A DNA stretch of 29,656 nt from Macrostomum lignano. Lineage: Eukaryota. The position numbers and the translations under genes were made by a program. Positions 23,301-29,656 of the stretch are shown in pieces. The stretch lies in the NCBI GenBank assembly GCA_002269645.1, contig NIVC01004112.1, positions 1 to 29,656 on the forward strand. Reading direction: 5' to 3'. The stretch's first letter is position 1; every line of letters starts with the position of its first letter. The notes under the pieces are model-generated. The model had not been told where the DNA came from. It searched no databases and saw nothing but the letters and a program-made list of their open reading frames with translations.

Positions 23301-26300
23301 GGTAGAATGACCCAAATGGAGAGGAAAATAACCCTGGTGGAAGGACAATGACTCTAGTGGAAGGAGTATGACCCTAATGGAGAGGAGAATGACCCTAATG
23401 GGAAGTGAATGACCCTAATGTGAGGGAGAATGACCCTAATGGAGAGGTGAATGACCCTAATGTGAGGGAGAATGACCCTAATGGAGAGGTGAATGACCCT
23501 AATGTGAGGGAGAATTACCCTAATGGAGAGGAGAATTACCCTAATGGAGAGGAGAATTACCCTAATGGAGAGGAGAATTACCCTAATGGAGAGGAGAATT
23601 ACCCTAATGGAGAGGAGAATTACCCTAATGGGAAGGTGAATGACCCTAATGGGAAGGTAAATGACCCTAATGGGAAGGTGAATGACCCTAATGGAAAGGT
23701 GAATGACCTTAATGGGAAGGAGAATGACCCTAATGGGAAGGAGAATGACCCTAACGGACAGAGAATCGAGTCTAAAAGGAAAAAATATCAGTAATAATCA
23801 CAATCTAACAATTAAATAATCTCAAAAATACATTTTTATTTGCCAACATTTATTTCTCTATACAACAAAAGCTTCAAGACACGAGGAACAACTTGCAAGA
23901 AACTACGCGTGATAAACAGAAGTTAAAACAAATACGTGCAGAAATTGGCATGCTTGCTTAAGTGAAGTCAAGTCGGGATTGACAACAGCTGATTCATGCG
24001 GAAATAAACTCGCTCACCATAATATTCCGAAAACCGACCTGACGTGTGACAAATTGGTTGCGCAATAAGTTTTGCTATATTCAAGTGACTGCACTGCATT
24101 TTTCGGCTGGCCCAGCAACTGACACTCTGGGAGGCTGGCTGGCCCAGCAACTGGGGGTCTGGGAGGCTGGCCCGGCAACTGAGGATCTGGGAGGCTGGCC
24201 CAGCAACTGGGGGTCTGGGAGGCTGGCCCAGCAACTGAGGATCTGGGAGGCTGGCCCGGCAACTGAGGATCTGGGAGGCTGGCCCAGCAACTGGGGGTCT
24301 GGGAGGCTGGCCCGGCAACTGAGGATCTGGGAGGCTGGCCCGGCAACTGGGGGTCTGGGAGGCTGGCCCAGCAACTGAGGATCTGGGAGGCTGGCCCGGC
24401 AACTGAGGATCTGGGAGGCTGGCCCAGCAACTGGGGGTCTGGGAGGCTGGCCCGGCAACTGAGGATCTGGGAGGCTGGCCCGGCAACTGAGGATCTGGGA
24501 GGCTGGCCCAGCAGGGATCTTGGAGGCTGGCCCAGCAGGGATCTGGGAGGCTGGCCCAGCAGGGATCTGAGAGGCTGGCCCAGCAGGGATCTGAGAGGCT
24601 GGCCCAGCAACTGAGGATCTGGGAGGCTGGCCCAGCAACTGGGGATCTGGGAGGCTGGACCAGCAACTGGGGATCTGGGAGGCTGGACCAGCAACTGGGG
24701 ATCTGGGAGGCTGGCCCAGCAACTGACACTCTCGGAGGCTGGCTGGCCCAGCAACTGACACTCTCGGAGGCTGGCTGGCCCAGCAACTGACACTCTCGGA
24801 GGCTGGCTGGCCCAGCAACTGACAGTCTTGGAGACTGGCCCAGCTACTGGGATATTTATAGCCTAGAGAATAACTGATAGCTAGAAAGCAAGCACTAGGA
24901 ACTTTGCACCACAAGAAGAAATCAAAGCAAATCAAAGCAGACTCACCGTCTCGCTCGGGCTCCAGATTCATGGTCTGCGTCTCCTTGCAATAGTTGACGG
25001 TCTCCTTAGCAACCACAGTGGTCTGCGTCACCTGGGAAACGGTCAGCTTTTTGGCGCCTACACCGGCTTCTCGTTTTGGACTGGAGCGGGGACTCTCGGG
25101 GCCGCCAGCGGCTGCAAATTCGGATTGCTCAGATTTGAGATGGGGATTCGCTGAGATTTGAGATGGGGATTTGCTGAGATTTCAGATGGGATTTGCTGAG
25201 ATTTGAGATGGGGATTTGCTGAGATTTGAGATGGGGATTTGCTGAGATTTCAGATGGGATTTGCTGAGATTTGAGATGGGATTCGCTGAGATTTGAGATG
25301 GGGATTTGCTGAGATTTGAGATGGGATTTGCTGAGATTTGAGATGGGGATTTGCTGAGATTTGAGATGGGGATTTGCTGAGATTTGAGATGGGATTTGCT
25401 GAGATTTGAGATGGGGATTCGCTGAGATTTGAGATGGGATTTGCTGAGATTTGAGATGGGGATTCGCTGAGATTTGAGATGGGATTTGCTGAGATTTGAG
25501 ATGGGGATTTGCTGAGATTTCAGATGGGGATTTGCTGAGATTTGAGATGAGGATTTGCTGAGATTTGAGATGGGGATTTGCCGAGATTTGAGATTAGGAT
25601 TTGCTGAGATTTGAGATGGGGGGGTTTGCTGAGATTTGAGATGGGATTTGCTGAGATTTGAGATGGGGATTCGCTGAGATTTGAGATGGGATTTGCTGAG
25701 ATTTGAGATGGGGATTCGCTGAGATTTGAGATGGGGATTCGCTGAGATTTGAGATGGGAGTTGCTGAGATTTCAGATGGGGATTCGCCAAGATTTGAGAT
25801 GGGATTTGAGATGGGGATTTGCCGAGATTTGAGATGGGGATTTGCCGAGATTTGAAATGGGATTTGAGATGGGGATTTGCCGAGATTTGAGATGGGGATT
25901 TGCCGAGATTTGAGATGGGGATTTTCTGAGATTTGAGATGGGGATTTTCTGAGATTTCAGATGGGAATTTGCCGAGATTTGAAATTAGGATTGCTGAGAT
26001 TTGAGATGGGGATTTGCTAAGATTTTAGGTGGGGATTTTCTGAGATTTGAGGAATTTAAAATGGAGATTTGCTGAGATTTGAGATGCGGATTTGCTGAGA
26101 TTTGAGATGGGGATTTACCTCCGCTTGCCCCAGCCGCAGGCTCCGTAGACGTCTCGGGCGCAATGCCGAGATTCTTCAGCAGCTCCTCGGTCTCGGAGCG
26201 CAAATCGCTCGGGGTGCCGGCCTCGCCAGGGCTTGGAGTGGCCGCATCACCGCCGCTCGCCAGCTTCTTTTTCTCCTCCATCTTGCGCTTCTCGCGCATC

Positions 26301-26350
26301 GCAGCCAATTGCGCCTTCTTGCGCTCCAGCTCTGCTTTGCGGTCGGCCAT
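16866..26350 (-). CDS. DYNC1I: Cytoplasmic dynein 1 intermediate chain, complete, 617 aa: complement(join(16866..17360, 20295..20927, 22363..22691, 24947..25111, 26119..26350))
   Basis: N-terminal coil [23 protein letters not shown], light-chain site VSQVTQ...[17 protein letters not shown]...[16 protein letters not shown], and WD40 propeller ([41 protein letters not shown]). Exons of 232+165+329+633+495 = 1854 nt; all introns GT..AG with consistent phases 1,1,0,0. Confidence 0.96.
17440..17997 (+). repeat. CT-rich tract becoming a 20-bp minisatellite (CTCTACTCTCCCCCAATCAC-like), dynein intron 4
   Basis: Regular 20-bp period at 17821-17880. Confidence 0.9.
19003..19647 (-). mobile_element. 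Tc1/mariner internal-deletion derivative (645 bp) carrying only the 3' part of the transposase
   Basis: Perfect 21-bp TIR CTAGGGTTACACATCCTCGAG (19003-19023 / 19627-19647) flanked by TA at 19001-19002 and 19648-19649. Minus strand encodes [11 protein letters not shown] (frameshift) [15 protein letters not shown]...[15 protein letters not shown]. Confidence 0.85.
19147..19520 (-). pseudogene. Mariner transposase C-terminal fragment, frameshifted, third catalytic Asp replaced by Asn
   Basis: HDNA and YSPDLAP motifs; 32 nt lie where D34D spacing needs 24; YSPDLAPAN instead of YSPDLAPxD. Confidence 0.85.
20295..20927 (-). CDS. DYNC1I: Dynein IC exon 4 (WD40)
   Basis: Acceptor CCCAG|GTG, donor CAG|GTGCGC; GHQ|GPV junction reproduces the conserved GHQGP motif. 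Confidence 0.95.
20960..21521 (+). repeat. 21-bp minisatellite, ~26 copies (GGCCAACCTAAATCTAGACTA), dynein intron 3
   Basis: Gives the spurious LGQPKSR ORF. Confidence 0.96.
21845..22280 (+). repeat. ~20-bp degenerate minisatellite (AATGGGGATCTTGGGAAGCG-like), dynein intron 3
   Basis: Directly visible. Confidence 0.88.
22363..22691 (-). CDS. DYNC1I: Dynein IC exon 3
   Basis: Acceptor CCCCCAG|TG, donor CAG|GTGAGG. Confidence 0.92.
22733..22966 (+). repeat. ~36-41-bp repeat, ~6 copies (CCAATCAGATTGCGGGAAGC-CT tract), dynein intron 2
   Basis: Directly visible. Confidence 0.88.
23345..23757 (+). repeat. 21-bp minisatellite, ~19 copies (AATGACCCTAATGGAGAGGAG), dynein intron 2
   Basis: Gives the spurious NDPNGEE ORF. 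Confidence 0.94.
24105..24853 (+). repeat. 28-bp GC-rich minisatellite (GGCTGGCCCAGCAACTGAGGATCTGGGA) with 24-bp and ~31-bp variants, dynein intron 2
   Basis: Unit starts at 24193, 24221, 24249. Confidence 0.95.
24947..25111 (-). CDS. DYNC1I: Dynein IC exon 2 (light-chain binding region, KETQT)
   Basis: Acceptor TTTGCAG|CC, donor GACG|GTGAGT. Confidence 0.92.
25130..26118 (-). repeat. 22-23-bp minisatellite, ~43 copies (CAAATCCCCATCTCAAATCTCAG on the transcribed strand), filling dynein intron 1
   Basis: Runs from the donor GT to within ~20 nt of the acceptor. Confidence 0.96.
26119..26350 (-). CDS. DYNC1I: Dynein IC exon 1
   Basis: ATG at 26350-26348; donor GGAG|GTAAAT. Confidence 0.93.
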
Positions 26351-27642
26351 GCTGTGTTGTTGTTGGATATCGAATAGGATTTCATGAACAGAAAGTTGAT
26401 TAATATAAAATATGAAAATTATCCTGTAAAATATTTTACTGTTTGGCTGACTGTATATTGAAAGACGTACCACTACATTTATATACATGCTTTGAGATTT
26501 TTGCTCATATATAACATTTTCGATGTTGATACTAAGCAAAAAACAACACCTTAATGCTTCCATTCCTTTAGGAAACTTAGTACTTATTATGAGTTATGCA
26601 TCAATAATGCCAATTAGAAGACAAGCAGAAGGCATAAGCAGAATATAGCTATTGGAGTCTAATTTTCACAAATTTGACCTACTGACCTAGTAGACTTACT
26701 ATTGCTAACTACTTTCTTACAAAGAGAATAAAGCTGAGAAGGAAAACATCAAATAAAGTAGGTTAACATAGACAATTAAGCTACAAAAGTTATACTAGTC
26801 CCTATTCCAATTACTAGCCACTATCTGTCAATCTTTTCTAATAAAATATGACAGTAGCTCTTAGCTCATCCTTCTTATATCTCAAGTCTTCTATCTTTCT
26901 TTGTAAATAGATTTTTATATTTGCAACATATTTTGGCTGATATTGACTGTTGCAAATGAAACTAAATCAACACTAAATAGGCAATTTTTTTAAAATGAAC
27001 ATGAATAGCTAAAAAGATTAAATGATATATAAATTTGCAGTTTATAGCAAAATGGGCTAATGAGCCAGAGTCAGAGTCTAAGTAAAGAAACCTTTAGAAT
27101 ACCCTCAGAAGATGGCCTGCACCACTATACGAGTATATAAGTTGTATGTTCAAATATCCAAGCTAGGGTTTAGTTTCTAAATGTTTAAAGCTTCAAGAAT
27201 CCTATATACTAAAAAATGAGTTGTCTGTATGTATAATTAGTCTAAAATCAGAGCTGCTAGGATCAAATAATGTGTAAATAAATCAATTGGCTCACTCCTA
27301 CAACACTTACATAGCCATGCTAGTATTTATGCATAGTTGAGTTTTTTAGCCAAAGTTTAATCCTTGATGGGTAAGTGTCTTTTAGTTTTTCTAATATAAG
27401 CACTTCCAATGACTAGAGCTATTAAATTTATAGAGAACACGTGCATAAAACCTAGGAACATACATGCCCAACACCTGTCTGACCTGTCCAAATCAGACAG
27501 GTGAAATGGCCACTAGCCAAGGTAAGTTGCAAAATCGAAAAAAAAACAAATTGGGGGAAGAAAAGAGAGAAAGAGAAAAGGAAAAGGAGGGAGAAGAGAG
27601 GGGAAAGAGAGAGAAAGAGAAGAAAAGAGAAAAAGGCAAGAA

Positions 27643-27716
27643 AAGTTGCAATTGGGAAGAACTAAGTTGCAATTGGAGAACTAAGTTGCAATTGGAGAAC
27701 TAAGTTGCAATTGGGA
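27643..27716 (+). repeat. Short 19-bp repeat, 4 copies (CTAAGTTGCAATTGGAGAA), after a purine tract at ~27540-27640
   Basis: AAGTTGCAATT at 27643, 27664, 27683, 27702. Confidence 0.85.
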
Positions 27717-28927
27717 GATTTTTCTGCCTGTCATCTAGGCGTTGCAGTAAGTATATCTAAGTGTTATATATATGGCAAATTTTCGAAGGCATGATACATA
27801 GAAGGCTCCAATTTGTGTGCAGCACAATGGTTTTGGAAGAAATTGTTTCTTGCCCATGGTTTTAGCAAACTTGTAAGTCCAACTCGACTTCCTGTCATCA
27901 TAGATGCTTTATCTGTTGTAACACCCTATAGTCTCGCAAAACAACTGTCCCAATACTATCTTGAGTAAATAAATCTTTAGTATATCATGCTTTGTCTTGT
28001 TTCTGTGACTGAGAGTTGCTTAAATCTATAGTTAGTACATTATTGGTTTGCTCTTCTCAAGCATCCAGAAATATATCATTAGACAACTATTTGTGACTGT
28101 TTGTATAACTATATATCTCTTTCTTGGAGGACTCTCACTTCTTTGGCCATCAGTCTCAGTCTCCAAATCTGAGTCCAAATGAATGGCTGTATATGGTCAT
28201 TGGATCCACACTTCAATATTAGCATCAGTTGATAGGCAAGATTCTATAGCAATAGATTCAGCATGAGCATTGCGCCATCATATAAATCTGTCTCAAGATG
28301 TCTAGTTTTTTCATTCATTTCAAAAACAACTTCTCTTTTAGCTGAAATTACTTAAGAAAAGCAATATGCTTGGGTTGTTGCATCTGTACCATGAATCTTA
28401 ATTTTTGCATTTTGCACAGATAGATCTCTATTAGAAGCAACAACCTCTGGGTTTTACACTGCTATTAACAGTCCCTCTCTGTGTGAGCTTGCTGAACATT
28501 AGGATGGTGGTGCTTCTAGTTCCCTTGAATGTGCTGTAGCTGCACTATCACCTGATCCCTGGGCTGCACTTAAGATTGCTGGTAAATTTTCTTCTAATAT
28601 CCAATGTGCACCAAAACAATTATTAACTTTTCCAGGAGATACATGACCAAGTTTCTATAATGTAAAGAGTAATAGCTTTCACTCTTCAGTTGCAGAAAGG
28701 AGGCACTGGTTGATAGAATAGTCTTCATGGCCTTATTTATCCCATTCATATGTAGGATTCAGTATACTCATCTAGTCAGGTATAGGTCTATCTTTAAGTG
28801 AAGTATATAATGACTCAAAGAATGTATACCTAAATATATAGGCCTATATGAGTGCACAAGTGTAAATATACAAGTTAGTTTGCCAGACATATATAGACAT
28901 ATAGTACAGTATGTAGAGTGTAGCCTA

Positions 28928-29656
28928 CGAGGTTTATTCAAAAAGTTCTTTTCGGTCCTTTGGCATTTATTTTTAGAAAACGTTGTAAACAGAATTTTAG
29001 CGATTTTACCAAGTTATGTCTATGGCCTAAACGTTCCTAGGGTTTTAAGTCTCAGTTTGCAACTATGTTAGAGCAGCGAACATTTCTATCAGCTGCCACT
29101 CAATTTCTTGGCCATGGCTGAATCATTTTCAAAGCAAGACGTTCAAAGCTTGATGAAGTTTCAGTTTCTGCAAGGAAAAAAGCCACCGGATATGTTTAGG
29201 GAGCTTCAGCAAGTGCTTGGCAACTGTGCACCAACTGAGCAGACAGTTCGAAAATGGTACCGGCTGTTCGCTGAGGGAAGAGAGAGCGTTGAGGACAATG
29301 GCCGCTCTGAAAGGCCGATGACTGCAACCAAAGAGACTGTTGTGAAGAAAGTGCAAGAGCTCTTGGATGATGATCGGCGACGGACTTGCGAAGAGTTGGA
29401 GAAGACGTTGGTGTGTCAGTAGGAAGCGTCCACACTATTCTGACTGAGCGTCTTCTCCTACAGAAAAAGTTCTGCAAGTGGGTGCCACACCTGCTGACAG
29501 GTGAGCAAAAGATGCAGCGAACTCTGGCTTCAAGCAGCCACCTGCCGTCGGTTCCATCGAGAAGGGGAGGATTTTCTATCAAGAATTGTTGCTGGAGACG
29601 AGACGTGGGTTTACAGCTGGGATCCTGAGACAAGGCCCAGTCTGCAAATGGCTTCC
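28928..29656 (+). mobile_element. Mariner element, 5' part (truncated by window end); transposase with two compensating frameshifts
   Basis: TA (28926-28927) then mariner-like terminus CGAGGTTTATTCAAAAAGTT. ATG at 29114; HTH region TVRKWYRLFAEGRESVED; WVPHLL; IVAGDETWVY. One base missing near 29400 and one extra near 29545. Confidence 0.88.

Noticed and set aside
11691-26118. Regular 20-32-bp repeats as CRISPR arrays
   Set aside because: Head-to-tail units with no unique spacers, no cas genes, eukaryotic intronic context.
26424-26440. TTTTACAG|G on the minus strand 75 nt upstream of the dynein ATG as a trans-splice or 5'UTR acceptor
   Set aside because: Plausible but indistinguishable from chance in AT-rich DNA without transcript data.
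20938-26563. Repeat ORFs (LGQPKSR, NDPN, PASQ, SQISANP) and the 192-aa ORF extending dynein exon 1
   Set aside because: Translations of intronic minisatellites; only 26119..26350 of the last ORF is dynein exon.
19540-29030. Shared 13-mer ATGTCTATGGCCT between the two mariner elements
   Set aside because: A 13-bp match is expected by chance in 30 kb on two strands, and the TIRs differ.
1-29656. tRNA, rRNA or snRNA genes
   Set aside because: No cloverleaf, A/B-box pair or recognisable conserved RNA motif was seen.

Overview
Eukaryotic (metazoan) genomic DNA with two convergent spliced genes. (1) + strand, <2..14495: the 3' part of a giant secreted glycoprotein. It is a tandem array of two alternating ~165-aa Cys-bounded globular domains (divergent discoidin/FA58C-like) joined by Thr-rich mucin linkers, followed by a SCO-spondin/hemocytin-like tail (7 TSP1, 3 TIL, vWC-like modules, C-terminal cystine knot). 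Six exons are visible, and four single-base homopolymer deletions in the first 3.8 kb are probably long-read errors. (2) - strand, 26350..16866: a complete 5-exon cytoplasmic dynein 1 intermediate chain gene (617 aa). Almost every intron carries its own unrelated mini- or microsatellite, usually close to the splice sites. Dynein intron 4 holds a nested set: a mariner deletion derivative inside a hAT-type non-autonomous element inside a minisatellite. A second, frameshifted mariner runs off the right end, next to a 2.4-kb CpG-depleted block. GC-rich exons with minisatellite-filled introns resemble the flatworm Macrostomum lignano; this is an unverified impression, not a database result. All gene models were derived by eye from GT-AG sites and frame continuity.
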